A stretch of 64,000 bases of DNA from NCBI GenBank assembly GCA_965261005.1, contig OZ253375.1, positions 1,344,001-1,408,000 on the forward strand. The letters run 5' to 3'. Positions 12,408 to 22,270 of this stretch are shown here, in pieces. The notes below the pieces were generated by a model, which saw nothing but the letters and a program-made list of their open reading frames with translations, did not search any database and was not told the DNA's origin. Positions within the stretch are counted from its first letter, which is position 1. Each line of letters opens with the position of its first letter. Source of the DNA: Deinococcus sp. (lineage in GTDB: Bacteria > Deinococcota > Deinococci > Deinococcales > Deinococcaceae). The position numbers and the translations under genes were made by a program.

Positions 12408-14078
12408 ATGACCCAAACGCCCACCCAACAGCCCGGCGGCACGTGGCAAGGCGCGCTTAAGCAGCTCGCAAGCGACCTCGCTACAGTGCGTGAGGGCGGC
12501 GGCGCCAAGGCGGTTCAGCGCCAGCACGACAAGGGGCGCCTGAGCGCCCGCGAGCGCGTAGCCAAGCTGATAGACCCCGGCACCCCCTTCGACGAATTGA
12601 TGACCTTCGCGGGTTGGGAGATGTACCCGGAGGCGGGCGGCTGCCCCTCGGGCGGCACGGTGGCGGGCGTCGGGACGGTGGCGGGGCGTCCCTGGATGAT
12701 CGTGGCGAACGACGCGACCGTCAAGGCGGGCGCCTTTTTTCCCATCACCGCCAAAAAGGTGATCCGGGCGCAGACCATCGCGCTGGAAAACCGCTTGCCG
12801 GTCATCTACCTGGTGGACTCCGCCGGCGTGTACCTGCCGATGCAGGACGAGATCTTTCCCGACCAGGACGACTTCGGGCGGGTCTTTTACCTGAACGCGC
12901 GCCTCTCGGCCTTGGGCGTGCCACAGCTGGCCGCCATCATGGGCAACTGCGTGGCGGGCGGGGCCTACCTGCCGGTGATGTGCGACACCCTGGTGATGAC
13001 CGAGGGGTCGGGCCTCTACCTGGCGGGGCCGGCGCTGGTCAGGGCGGCTATCGGGCAGAGCGTGGACTCCGAGGAACTGGGCGGCGCCGGGATGCACGCG
13101 GCCATCTCGGGGACGGTGGACTACAAGGAGCCGGACGACGGGGCGGCCCTCGCGCGCCTGCGCTCACTGGCCGAGCTGTACGCCCCCGGCGATCTGGCCC
13201 CCTGGGCGCGCGGGCGCAAGGAGGCGAAAGAACCGATAGGCGGCGACCTCACCGACCTCGTCAGCCTCAACGGCGCGCGGCCCTACGACGTGCGCGACCT
13301 GATCGCGCGCCTGGCCGACGGGGGCGCGGGTGGGGCGCCAAGCTTTCAGGAGTACAAGCGCGAGTACGGCGAGACCCTGGTGTGCGGCTTCGCGCGGCTG
13401 GGCGGCTTTCCGGTGGGCTTTGTCGCCAACCAGCGCACCGTCATCAAGAAAAAGCTCAAGGCGGGCGGCTTGCCGGGCCTCACCTCGCGGCTGGAACTCG
13501 GCGGCGTGATCTACGGCGACGCGGCGGACAAGGCGGCGCGCTTTATCCTCGACGCCAACCAGGCCGGCGTGCCGCTGATTTTCCTGTCGGATGTGACCGG
13601 CTTTATGGTGGGGCGCGACTCCGAGCAGGAAGGCATCATCCGGCGCGGGGCCAAGCTGGTGAACGCCGTGAGCAACAGCGTGGTGCCCCGCTTGACCGTC
13701 ATCACCGGGGGCAGCTTTGGCGCGGGCAACTACGCCATGAGCGGCAAGGCCTACGCGCCGCGCTTTCTGTTCGCTTGGCCCAGCGCCAAGTACGCCGTCA
13801 TGAGCGGCAACGCCGCCGCCAAGACGCTGCTCGACATCCAGCTCGCCGCCCTCAAGCGCGCGGGGCACGAACCCGACGACGCGGAGCTGCAAGCTCTGTA
13901 TGAAGAGGTCAAGGCCAAATACGACCAGGAACTCGACCCCCGCTACGCCGCCGCCCGGCTGTGGGTGGACGAGATTATTCCACCGAACGACACCCGCGAA
14001 AGACTGATCCGGGCGCTGGAAGTCTGCGCGCAGAACCCAGCGCAGGAGGAGCTGAGGGTGGGCGTGTTTCAAGTGTAG
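12408..14078 (+). CDS. Acyl-CoA carboxylase carboxyltransferase beta subunit (MCC/PCC-like)
   Basis: RLSARER, ANDATVKAG, GNCVAGGAY, DVTGFMVG, GGSFGAGNYAM. Confidence 0.93.
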   Translation: MTQTPTQQPGGTWQGALKQLASDLATVREGGGAKAVQRQHDKGRLSARERVAKLIDPGTPFDELMTFAGWEMYPEAGGCPSGGTVAGVGTVAGRPWMIVANDATVKAGAFFPITAKKVIRAQTIALENRLPVIYLVDSAGVYLPMQDEIFPDQDDFGRVFYLNARLSALGVPQLAAIMGNCVAGGAYLPVMCDTLVMTEGSGLYLAGPALVRAAIGQSVDSEELGGAGMHAAISGTVDYKEPDDGAALARLRSLAELYAPGDLAPWARGRKEAKEPIGGDLTDLVSLNGARPYDVRDLIARLADGGAGGAPSFQEYKREYGETLVCGFARLGGFPVGFVANQRTVIKKKLKAGGLPGLTSRLELGGVIYGDAADKAARFILDANQAGVPLIFLSDVTGFMVGRDSEQEGIIRRGAKLVNAVSNSVVPRLTVITGGSFGAGNYAMSGKAYAPRFLFAWPSAKYAVMSGNAAAKTLLDIQLAALKRAGHEPDDAELQALYEEVKAKYDQELDPRYAAARLWVDEIIPPNDTRERLIRALEVCAQNPAQEELRVGVFQV

Positions 14079-14090
14079 GAGCGCGGGGCA

Positions 14091-14738
14091 TCACGGCCGG
14101 GGCAGCAGATCGCCCTGCAAGAAGAACACGCACAGCCCGTAGACCGGGGCGCCGGGGTCGTCCTCGGCAAATTCGCCCAGCAGCGCTTGCAGGCGGTCGC
14201 GGAAGACGCCGGCCCGCTCGGGGGTGAAGCGCACGCCGCCCACGCTGGTCAGGAAGGGTTGGCCGTTCAGCAGCCCGCCTTCGTGCGCGGCGTCCGGCAA
14301 GAGCTGCGCCCAAAGGTGACCTTCGTGGAGCCGTAGCGTGACCCCCTGCAGCGCGGCGCCCGACACCCTCGACCCGAGGTGTTCGTACAGGCGCCGCATT
14401 CTCGGCTCGGCCTGCTGGGCGAAGAGGTCGGTGAGGGTGGCCGCGCTGGTCAGCCCGAAGGGAACCGTCCATTCCTGCCTGGCGCTGGCGTAAAGCTTGA
14501 CGGTGTGGCCGGTAACAGTGCGGCCGGCCCGCTTTTCCTCGCGCGCCACGGCGATGCCCGCCGCCAAGAGGCGCCGCAAGCGGTCATAGGCGCGCTGAAT
14601 CGGCAGGTCGAGCCGGCGCGCGACCTCGGACGCCGACACCTCGCCCAGCAGCAGCAGTTCGATCAGCCTGAAGTGCTTGGGATCGAGCAGCAGCGCGGCC
14701 TGCTCGCGCGTGACGCCGCTCCGCTTTGGGTCTGTCAT
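14091..14738 (-). CDS. Winged-helix (ArsR-like) DNA-binding protein
   Basis: N-terminal HTH (SASEVARRLDLP..RAY.RLRRL..AG); divergent from the MFS gene; start placed after TAGGCT. Confidence 0.7.
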   Translation of the reverse strand: MTDPKRSGVTREQAALLLDPKHFRLIELLLLGEVSASEVARRLDLPIQRAYDRLRRLLAAGIAVAREEKRAGRTVTGHTVKLYASARQEWTVPFGLTSAATLTDLFAQQAEPRMRRLYEHLGSRVSGAALQGVTLRLHEGHLWAQLLPDAAHEGGLLNGQPFLTSVGGVRFTPERAGVFRDRLQALLGEFAEDDPGAPVYGLCVFFLQGDLLPRP

Positions 14739-14768
14739 CCGGAGCAGCCTAGCGCGCAGGCTCAACGC

Positions 14769-16010
14769 ATGACGCCAGAAAAACGGACGCCGGGAAGACT
14801 TTGGAACAAGAACTTCGTCCTGTGGTGGCTGGGCAGCGCGCAGAGCGCCTTCGGTTCGTCCATGGGGGAGATCGCCCTCTCGTTTCTGGTGCTGAGAATC
14901 ACCGGCAGCGCGGGCGCGATGGGCGTCAACTTGGCCTTGTCGCTGCTGCCGGGGTTGCTGACGCCGCTGGCAGGCACCTGGGTGGACCGCTTGCCCCTCA
15001 AGCCGCCGCTGATCTTGGGCGACCTGTTGCGCGGCGTGATCATGGGCGGGGTGGGGCTGTGGGCGCTCTCGGGTTCGGTGCCGCTGGCAGTTCTGAACGG
15101 CTTGGCGCTGGCGCTGGGCCTGATTGGGGCGTTCTACGAACCGGCGGAGGGCGCGCTGATTCCGGCCCTGGTGCCGCAGGACCAGTTGGCCCGCGCCAAC
15201 GGCCTGATCGGCGCGGCCGGCCGGACGGCGGGCCTGCTCGGCTTGGTGGGCGGCGGCCTGCTGGTCGGCCGTTTCGGCAGCGCCTGGCCGCTGTTGGTGG
15301 ACGGGGCGACCTTTTTGGTGATGGCGGCCGTCTTACCGTTCGTGAACATGCCGGGACGGGCAGCGAGCCGGGAGCAGAACGGCTTTTGGGCGGACTTCGG
15401 GGCGGGCGTGGCGCGGGTGCGCTCCTCGCGTTTGCTCATGCTGATGCCGGTGATCGGCCTTCTGGTCAACGCCAGCATCGCCCCCATGCAGATGCTGTTG
15501 CCGAAGCGCCTGCTCGACCTGGGCGCTGGGGCGGCCAGCTACGGCGTCCTGGTGGGCTGCGTGTTCGGCGGCATGGTGCTGGGGAGCGCCCTGTTCGCCG
15601 TCGTCGGCGCCCGGCTGAACGTCAAGTTCGCCGTTGGCGCGGGCGTCGCCCTGATCGGCGGCGCGCTGACGGCGATGGCCTTTCTGCCCCCGGTTCAGGT
15701 GCTGTGGCTGCTCGGCGCCGGGGTGGGACTCGGCAGCGGCGTGACGGGCGCGGGACTCTCGACCCTGACGCAACGCTTGGTGGAACGCGAATTCCTGGGC
15801 CGGGTGCTGAGCTTGCGCGACATGCTGGGCCAGCTCGGCATGCCGCTCACCCTGCTGCTGCTCGCGCCCGTCGCGGACAACGCAAACTTCGCGCTGGTCT
15901 TCGCGGGCGCGGGCGCTGGGGCGCTGGCGGCGAGCGGCGTGTGGGCGCTGTGGGGCCGGGACGAGCAGACGGCCAGAACGGGAGAGGGCGGGGAGGCGCC
16001 CCAAGGGTAA
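14769..16010 (+). CDS. MFS transporter (macrolide-efflux/DHA3-like)
   Basis: About 12 TM helices, LWNKNF, AGTWVDR, EFLGRV motifs. Confidence 0.88.
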   Translation: MTPEKRTPGRLWNKNFVLWWLGSAQSAFGSSMGEIALSFLVLRITGSAGAMGVNLALSLLPGLLTPLAGTWVDRLPLKPPLILGDLLRGVIMGGVGLWALSGSVPLAVLNGLALALGLIGAFYEPAEGALIPALVPQDQLARANGLIGAAGRTAGLLGLVGGGLLVGRFGSAWPLLVDGATFLVMAAVLPFVNMPGRAASREQNGFWADFGAGVARVRSSRLLMLMPVIGLLVNASIAPMQMLLPKRLLDLGAGAASYGVLVGCVFGGMVLGSALFAVVGARLNVKFAVGAGVALIGGALTAMAFLPPVQVLWLLGAGVGLGSGVTGAGLSTLTQRLVEREFLGRVLSLRDMLGQLGMPLTLLLLAPVADNANFALVFAGAGAGALAASGVWALWGRDEQTARTGEGGEAPQG

Positions 16011-16030
16011 GGCCCGTCAACTGTTTGCCG

Positions 16031-17155
16031 TCAAGCCCGCCCACGCGCTTCCCTCACGTCTATGACCTCTTGGTAGATGGCCTCCAGCTGACGGGTCTGC
16101 GCCCGAATGTCAAAGTTCTTCTCGACGTGCGCCCGTCCCGCCCTGCCCATGCGGGCGCGCAAATCCGGATTCTCCAGCAGCTTGATGATGTTGTCGCTGA
16201 GGGCCGCAAGATCGCCGGTTTCCGACAAAAGGCCAGTCACGCCGTTCACGACCGCCTCGTTCACGCCGGAATTGGCGTAGGCGACGACCGGAAGCTCCAT
16301 CGCCTGGGCCTCCGCGTAGACCAGGCCGAAGGCCTCGTCGCGGCTCGGCAGGCAAAAGAGCGAGGCGCGGTTCATCAGCCCGGCGACGCTCTCGGGAGAC
16401 TGAACGCCCAAAAATTCGGCGTTGACGTTCAATTCCTGCGCCCTGGCTTTCAGCGCCTCCTCCATGTCCCCGCTGCCGACGATCAGCAGGCGAACGTCCG
16501 GGAAGCGGGCCTGAACTGCGGGCATGGCGCCCAACAAGTCGGGGGCGCCCTTGCGCTCGATCAAGCGGCCGACGCTCAGAATCGAAAGCTCCCGCTCCGC
16601 TTCTGCGGGAGAAAACGCCTCCAAGTCTATGCCGATGTAATGAACGGCGATCTTCTCGGCGGGGCACTCCAATTCGAGCAAGCGGTTCTTCAAAAAGTGG
16701 GAGACCGCGATCACTTTGTCTGCCCGCTCGAACAGATACTTTCTGTTCGCGACGTAGTAGCCATAAGAGCGCGGGTAAGGCTTTTTGATAAAACCGACGT
16801 CATACCCATGAAACGTCACGACAAACGGCAGGTTAAGTTTTTTAACTGCCGGCAGAATCCACAGGGCGTCCGGGCCGAAGTGGGCGTGAAGCAGGGAAAA
16901 GTTATGGCTTTTAATTCTGTTGATGAAGCTGCCCGGTATCCTTTTCAACAGCTTCAGGAGGTTGACTTCCAGAGATTTTGTAAAGTTCTTTTTGGAAAAG
17001 ATCAGCAACTCCACTGGAATATCGTACCCATGTCGCACTTCCCAGAAGCCGACCAGAACGGGGCTAAAACTCTTCAGGCTGACGACCTGATTGAGAATAA
17101 ACGTTTCCGAGTACGGCAAAATTTTTTCTCTAAAGATGGCTATATTTTTCTTCAT
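16031..17155 (-). CDS. Glycosyltransferase family 4
   Basis: SETFI, HAHFG, VTFHGYD, VGRLIERKG, EAFGLVYAEA (EX7E). Confidence 0.92.
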   Translation of the reverse strand: MKKNIAIFREKILPYSETFILNQVVSLKSFSPVLVGFWEVRHGYDIPVELLIFSKKNFTKSLEVNLLKLLKRIPGSFINRIKSHNFSLLHAHFGPDALWILPAVKKLNLPFVVTFHGYDVGFIKKPYPRSYGYYVANRKYLFERADKVIAVSHFLKNRLLELECPAEKIAVHYIGIDLEAFSPAEAERELSILSVGRLIERKGAPDLLGAMPAVQARFPDVRLLIVGSGDMEEALKARAQELNVNAEFLGVQSPESVAGLMNRASLFCLPSRDEAFGLVYAEAQAMELPVVAYANSGVNEAVVNGVTGLLSETGDLAALSDNIIKLLENPDLRARMGRAGRAHVEKNFDIRAQTRQLEAIYQEVIDVREARGRA

Positions 17156-17249
17156 ACCAGCGCCCTCACGTCCACAGCGAAGCACCCGACGGCGTGTGAA
17201 ACATTTGGGCGGGCGCTGGTGAGCTTGGTGAATGCCGGCGCCCGCCGGA

Positions 17250-17600
17250 TCAGCGCCCCAACTCGAACAGCGCCGCGCTGGGACATAGGTCGCGCAGCAC
17301 GCAGGCCGGGCAGCTCGGGGCGCGGGCGCGGCGGGTTTCGCGACCGTGGCGGATCATGGCGACGTGGTAGCCGCACTGCCCGTCCCAGCTGTAATCGGCG
17401 GTGCGAGCGAGACCGCCGCCTGCCGCGCGTAGGGTGTCCGCAACGGCGTCCAGGTCGGCCAGCAGCGCCTCTTGCCAAGTGCCGAAGGCCGCCTTCAGGA
17501 CCGCGAATTGTCGCCGGGTGATGGGGGCGGTGTTTTGCTGGCTCAGGATGGTGGAAATCAGGCCGCTGAGGGGTTCGGGGTCGCGCCGGGGGCGGGGCAA
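17250..17600 (-). pseudogene. Decayed copy of the endonuclease III gene
   Basis: High identity to 19791-20504 but 5' truncated, with a 270-bp in-frame deletion removing the HhH and catalytic region, and first Fe-S Cys changed to Arg. Confidence 0.9.
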
Positions 17601-17610
17601 GCGTGTGAAT

Positions 17611-17750
17611 TATACGGATGTCGAGGAGTTCCCATGCCGCGTACGAACTCTTTCGAGTGGAACGAGTAGGCAAAAGATACTTTCCTCCGCGGTGTAGAGC
17701 AGCACCCGAAACAGCGCCCGATGTTGAGGAGCCAAGCAGAATTTGTATGA
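17611..17750. repeat. Small noncoding repeat with different ends but the same core as the MITE-like family
   Basis: Contains CGAGTGGAACGAGTAG (17654-17669), the reverse complement of the core at 8840-8855; imperfect ends TATACGGAT / ATTTGTATG. Confidence 0.55.
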
Positions 17751-17844
17751 CTTCCCAACGAAGCAAATTTAAAAAGAAGCGGACTTCGCAATGTTGACTT
17801 GTTAGAGGTTGATAAATATCTCTCAAATTCTGTTAAAGTGAGAT

Positions 17845-19503
17845 ATGAAAAAAGTCACAAACTTCAAGGGCAGCGGTCAAGTTTTGCTCGCTGTTCTCAC
17901 CGCAGGAATGCTGAGTGCTTGTGGCAAGACGGCTGTGAATCAGCAAGCTTCAGGGAATATCCGGAGTCAGGCGATTACCTGTATAGGGCTGCTTGACGCT
18001 AAGGGCGTCGCGGCGAGCGTGGCGCAGGTAAGCAACCCGGCGGCTCACGCCATTGATGGCGACCTCACGACCCGCTGGTCCGGCAAGGGGACCGGGTCGT
18101 TCATCACTGCGGACTTGGGCGCCTCCAAACGCGTGTGTGGATTGAACGTGGGATGGTATTTGGGTGACGCCCGGACCAACAACTTCAGCGTGTCGGTTTC
18201 GGAAGACGGCAGCCAGTTCAAGACGGTCTTTTCGGGAACGAGTGCCAGGACGCTCGCCCGGCAATCCTTCACCTTCGCCCCCGAGCTGGCCCGCTACGTG
18301 CGACTCAGCGTGAACGGCAACTCGCAAAACGATTGGGCGAGCGTCACCGAGCTTCAGGTTGCAGGCGCCGCGACCGGTTTCGTTCACCCGGGCATTCTGG
18401 TGAGCGGCGGGCAGCTTAACGTGGTCAGGGCCAAGGTTGCGGCGAGGGCCGAACCCTGGACGTCGCTTTTGAGCCGGGCCAAGACCAGCCGCCTCGGCCA
18501 GCTGAGTTGGGTGGCGGCACCCGTCGCGGAGATGCGCTGCGGCGCGCATGACTCGCCGGACGTGGGCTGCTCGCGCTCACGTGACGACGCCGCCGCCGCT
18601 TACACCCAGGCGTTGATCTGGGCCTACACGGGTGACCGTGCCTACGCGGCAAACGCAATCGGCATTCTCAACGCCTACGCCTCGCGCCTCAAGATGATCC
18701 GCATGGACAGCTCGGACCCGAGCCTTTCCAACGGTGTCATTCAGGCGGCCTGGCTGGGCGAGATGTTTCCGCGCGCCGCCGAGATTCTGCGCTATACCGA
18801 TAGCGGCTGGTCGGGTGCGGACGCGCAAAACTTCGGAGCCTTTCTGAAACAAGTCATGCTGCCCCACGTCGCTGGCGGCTGGAAGTGGAGTCCCAACAAC
18901 TGGGAATTGTCCATGGCAGACGCCATGGTGAACATTGGCATCTACGCCGACGACCGCGCAACCTTCGACCGGGGCGTGGCCCTGTGGCGCTCCCGCACGC
19001 CCAGCTACATCTATCTCTCGACGGACGGACCCCTGCCGGTGGCGACAGACGTCTACAACACCCGCGACAAACTCATCACGCTGTGGCACGGTCAGACGAC
19101 CTTTGTGGACGGCCTGGGCCAAGAGACGTGCCGCGACTTCGGCCATCAGAGCATGGGGCTGGCCTCCATAGTGAACGTGGCCGAGACGGCACAGCTTCAG
19201 GGTTTGAACCTCTACGGCGAGCAGCAGCGCAGAATTTCCGCCGGGCTGGAGTTTCAGGCGCGCTACCTGAACCGCAACCAAACCAGCGTGGAAAGCTGGC
19301 TGTGCGGAGGCAAGCTGAAGCTGACGCTGATGCCCACCTACGAGATCGGTTACAACCACTACGGGCTGCGCCGCGGCCTCGCGCTCCCGGAGCTTGCCAA
19401 GCTCGCCAGCCGCGTCCGCAGCTCAGGACCTTGGTACACCAACATCCAGATGGCCTGGGAAAGCCTTACGCACGCAGGTCTCGGTTCGGCGGAACTGCCG
19501 TGA
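17845..19503 (+). CDS. Lipoprotein with F5/8-type C (CBM32) domain and alginate-lyase-like domain
   Basis: Lipobox MLSAC; AIDGDLTTRWS..ARYVRL..WASVTEL discoidin; FVHPG, NNW, QETCRDFGH lyase-like motifs. Confidence 0.8.
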   Translation: MKKVTNFKGSGQVLLAVLTAGMLSACGKTAVNQQASGNIRSQAITCIGLLDAKGVAASVAQVSNPAAHAIDGDLTTRWSGKGTGSFITADLGASKRVCGLNVGWYLGDARTNNFSVSVSEDGSQFKTVFSGTSARTLARQSFTFAPELARYVRLSVNGNSQNDWASVTELQVAGAATGFVHPGILVSGGQLNVVRAKVAARAEPWTSLLSRAKTSRLGQLSWVAAPVAEMRCGAHDSPDVGCSRSRDDAAAAYTQALIWAYTGDRAYAANAIGILNAYASRLKMIRMDSSDPSLSNGVIQAAWLGEMFPRAAEILRYTDSGWSGADAQNFGAFLKQVMLPHVAGGWKWSPNNWELSMADAMVNIGIYADDRATFDRGVALWRSRTPSYIYLSTDGPLPVATDVYNTRDKLITLWHGQTTFVDGLGQETCRDFGHQSMGLASIVNVAETAQLQGLNLYGEQQRRISAGLEFQARYLNRNQTSVESWLCGGKLKLTLMPTYEIGYNHYGLRRGLALPELAKLASRVRSSGPWYTNIQMAWESLTHAGLGSAELP

Positions 19504-19607
19504 CGCCCGGCACACGCCCCGAACGAACAGGCCGAAGGAACACTTCCCATCAAGGCGCTGGCCGTCAACGCGCTGGCTTCAGGTTCCGCCCCCGTTTTCC
19601 TCTTCCA

Positions 19608-19757
19608 ATGACCTCTTGATAGATAGCTTCCAACTTGTGGGTCTGTTCCTGGAGGTCGAAATTTTCCCTGACGTGCGCCCGCCCCGCCTTGCCCATGCCG
19701 GCGCGCAAATCGGGGTCCTCCAGCAGCGTGACGATGTTGTCACTCACGGCCACAAGG
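19608..19757 (-). pseudogene. 3' remnant of a GT4 glycosyltransferase
   Basis: LVAVSDNIVTLLEDPDLRAGMGKAGRAHVRENFDLQEQTHKLEAIYQEVI aligns with the C-terminus of 16031-17155. Confidence 0.85.
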
Positions 19758-19790
19758 AAGCACTTCACCCGGGGTGAAACATTTGGCGGA

Positions 19791-20504
19791 TCAGCGCCCC
19801 AACTCGAACAGCGCCGCGCTGGGACACAGATCGCGCAGCACGCAGCTGGGGCAGCTCGGGGCGCGAGCGCGGCAGGTTTCACGCCCGTGGCGGATCATGG
19901 CGACGTGGTAGCCGTATTGGGCGTCCCAGGTGTGCGGCAAGACCGTCTGATACCACGCCTCGATTTTGGGCGCCCCCCACTTCTCCGGCACCAAGCCCAG
20001 GCGGCGGCTGATGCGCTGAAGGTGGGTATCCACCGGCATGGCGGGGCGCAGCATGTCGAACAGCAGCACGCACGAGGCGGTCTTGGGGCCGACGCCGGGC
20101 AAGGCTTCGAGCCTGGCGCGCACCTCGGCGTCTCCCAGCCCGTACAGCCCTCTCAGGCTTAGCTCCCCCCCCTCCGAAAGGGCGTGCAGCACGTTCCAGA
20201 TGTAATCGGCCTTGGTGCGCGCGAGACCGCCGCCTGCCGCGCGCAGAACGCCTTCGATGGCGTCCGGACCGGCCAGCAGCGCCTCTTGCCAAGTGCCGAA
20301 GGCCGCCTTCAGGGCCGCGAATTGGCGCCGGGTGATGGGGGCGGTGTTTTGCTGGCTCAAGATGGTGGAGATCAGGCCGTTCAGCGGTTCGGGGTCGCGC
20401 CGGGGACGGGGCAAGTCGGGCAGATAGCGCCCCCGCACCCGGCCCGCGATCTCGGGCAATCGGGCGCGCTGGACCTCCAATTGGGTCTCCAGTTCGGTCG
20501 TCAC
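19791..20504 (-). CDS. nth: Endonuclease III family (HhH-GPD) DNA glycosylase
   Basis: TILSQQNT, HhH LPGVGPKTA, PVDTH, C-X6-C-X2-C-X5-C Fe-S motif. Confidence 0.92.
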   Translation of the reverse strand: MTTELETQLEVQRARLPEIAGRVRGRYLPDLPRPRRDPEPLNGLISTILSQQNTAPITRRQFAALKAAFGTWQEALLAGPDAIEGVLRAAGGGLARTKADYIWNVLHALSEGGELSLRGLYGLGDAEVRARLEALPGVGPKTASCVLLFDMLRPAMPVDTHLQRISRRLGLVPEKWGAPKIEAWYQTVLPHTWDAQYGYHVAMIRHGRETCRARAPSCPSCVLRDLCPSAALFELGR

Positions 20505-21091
20505 TGCACCCGCTTGACCGTCTGGTTGCCCGCCGCGTCGAGAACCACCACGTCCACGGTGGTGCCCAGCGCCTCGGCGTAAAAGGCAACCCGGCGTCCC
20601 GGCGAGACGCTCAGCTTGCTGCCGTCCACCGTCACCGAGGCGACCTTGACGTCGTCGGTGGCGACGCCGGTGACGCGCAGCACGCCACCGTCGCGCTCCA
20701 GCTTGGTGATCTCGATGGTGGGCGGGTTGGGGTCGTAGCGCAGCGGCAAAATCAGCTTGGCGCTGCGGCCGGCGTTGTCGGTGGCCGCGATGGTGTACTC
20801 GGCGCGGTCGCTGGTCGCCGAGGTCTTGAAGGCGAAGGGCACGATCTTGCGCTTGCCCGCCGGCAGCTTGAGGGCGGTGCCATTGACGACCAAGCTGGCA
20901 ACCTCCTGGTCGTCGATGGCGTAGCCGCGCACCACGCTGCTGTTTTGCCGGGACACGCTGCCCGCCTCCGGCTCGGTGATGATGATGTGCGGCCGGAACG
21001 CGTCGCCCTCGCGGGCGCAGCTGCCCAGCACCAAGGGTCCCAGCGTCAAGAAGCCCAAGGGCAACAGGCGGGCTTGCAGTGCGCGGCGCAT
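20501..21091 (-). CDS. Lipoprotein with tandem Ig-like folds
   Basis: Lipobox LGSC and two repeats of G.A.DD..VAS..V.G ... D.AG. Confidence 0.7.
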   Translation of the reverse strand: MRRALQARLLPLGFLTLGPLVLGSCAREGDAFRPHIIITEPEAGSVSRQNSSVVRGYAIDDQEVASLVVNGTALKLPAGKRKIVPFAFKTSATSDRAEYTIAATDNAGRSAKLILPLRYDPNPPTIEITKLERDGGVLRVTGVATDDVKVASVTVDGSKLSVSPGRRVAFYAEALGTTVDVVVLDAAGNQTVKRVQ

Positions 21092-21169
21092 GCGCCGAAT
21101 ATACAGGCCAGGAGTCTTATAGGAGTCTCAGATGCGCCCAACGACACCCAACCTCAAGACCACACCCTC

Positions 21170-22270
21170 ATGCTGATTCCAGGGGGCGTCCGCGACGTGC
21201 TGCCGCAGGAATGGGCTTGGCGTCAACAGCTGCTGGGCGAGTTGCAAGGGTACTTCGCGGCCTGGGGCTACCAGGGGGTGAGCGTGCCCGCGCTGGAGTT
21301 CGCCTCGGGGGCGCACCCGCGCGACGAGCGCGCCTTTAAGCTGATCGACAAGGACGGCGCCGTGCTGGCGCTGCGCAGCGAGTTCACCAGCGCCATCGGC
21401 CGCTTGGTGCGGACGCGCTTTGCCGGCGCGCCGTACCCGCTGCGGCTGCAATACGGCGGTGAATTGTGGCTGCGCGGCCAAACCAGCGAGCCGGGACGGC
21501 TGCGCGAATTCAGCCAGGTCGGCGTGGAGCTGATCGGCGTCACGGGGGCGCGCGCCGACGCCGAGCTGCTCGCCCTGGCGCGCGGGGCGCTGGCGCGGGT
21601 GGGCCTCGCCGTTCAGCTGGAAGTGGGCCACCCCGGCTTCGTGGACGCAGTGCTGGAGGACGGCGGCCTGCGGGGCGAGGTGCGCGCGGGCTTACACGCC
21701 GCCATCGACCGCAAGGCCGTCGCCGAGTTGCGCGAGCTGCTCGCGGGCCACAACCTGCGGCCGGGCGTGCTGCATACCCTGGAGCGCTTGCCCGAGCTGT
21801 ACGGCGGCCCCGAGGTGCTGGAGGAGGCGCGCGGCTTGCCGCTGGGGCCGGCGGCGGGGGCGGCCCTGGCGCGGCTAGAGGCGCTGGCCGCCCAAGGTGA
21901 GGGGCCGCTGCTGTTCGACCTCGGCATGTCGCGGCGCTACGACTACTACACCGGCTTCACCTTCCGGGCCTACGCGGACGGCTTTGCGCAGCCGATCCTG
22001 AGCGGCGGGCGCTACGACGCCGGCATTCCCGGCGCGGGCTTCGCGCTGGGCCTGGAGCGGCTGACCCGCGCGCTGGGGGAGGCGCCCCTGATGCCGGAAG
22101 CGGTGCTGGCTTGGTCCCTCCCCGACGCGGCCTGGGCGCGCGAGCAGGGCTTGGTCGCCGAGCTGGCCTGGACCGAGGACTGGGCCGAGCTGACCCGCTA
22201 CGCGCGCGCGCGCGGCATCGCGCGCCTCGCGCGCGCTGGGCGCTTCGAGGAAATTGGGGTGAGCGCTTGA
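21170..22270 (+). CDS. hisZ: ATP phosphoribosyltransferase regulatory subunit
   Basis: [33 protein letters not shown]; upstream of short hisG; start uncertain. Confidence 0.92.
   Translation: MLIPGGVRDVLPQEWAWRQQLLGELQGYFAAWGYQGVSVPALEFASGAHPRDERAFKLIDKDGAVLALRSEFTSAIGRLVRTRFAGAPYPLRLQYGGELWLRGQTSEPGRLREFSQVGVELIGVTGARADAELLALARGALARVGLAVQLEVGHPGFVDAVLEDGGLRGEVRAGLHAAIDRKAVAELRELLAGHNLRPGVLHTLERLPELYGGPEVLEEARGLPLGPAAGAALARLEALAAQGEGPLLFDLGMSRRYDYYTGFTFRAYADGFAQPILSGGRYDAGIPGAGFALGLERLTRALGEAPLMPEAVLAWSLPDAAWAREQGLVAELAWTEDWAELTRYARARGIARLARAGRFEEIGVSA

Noticed and set aside
14801..17521. 906-aa ORF and other long shadow ORFs (e.g. 27448-29130, 38013-39737, 39966-41528, 57264-58904, 62176-63846)
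   Set aside because: Alternative-frame or antisense ORFs of clear genes, expected in high-GC DNA; low-complexity Arg/Gly/Ala/Pro translations without motifs
17250..17600. 116-aa ORF as a functional mini-endonuclease III
   Set aside because: Lacks the HhH motif, the catalytic residues and one Fe-S Cys, and has no credible start; treated as a pseudogene
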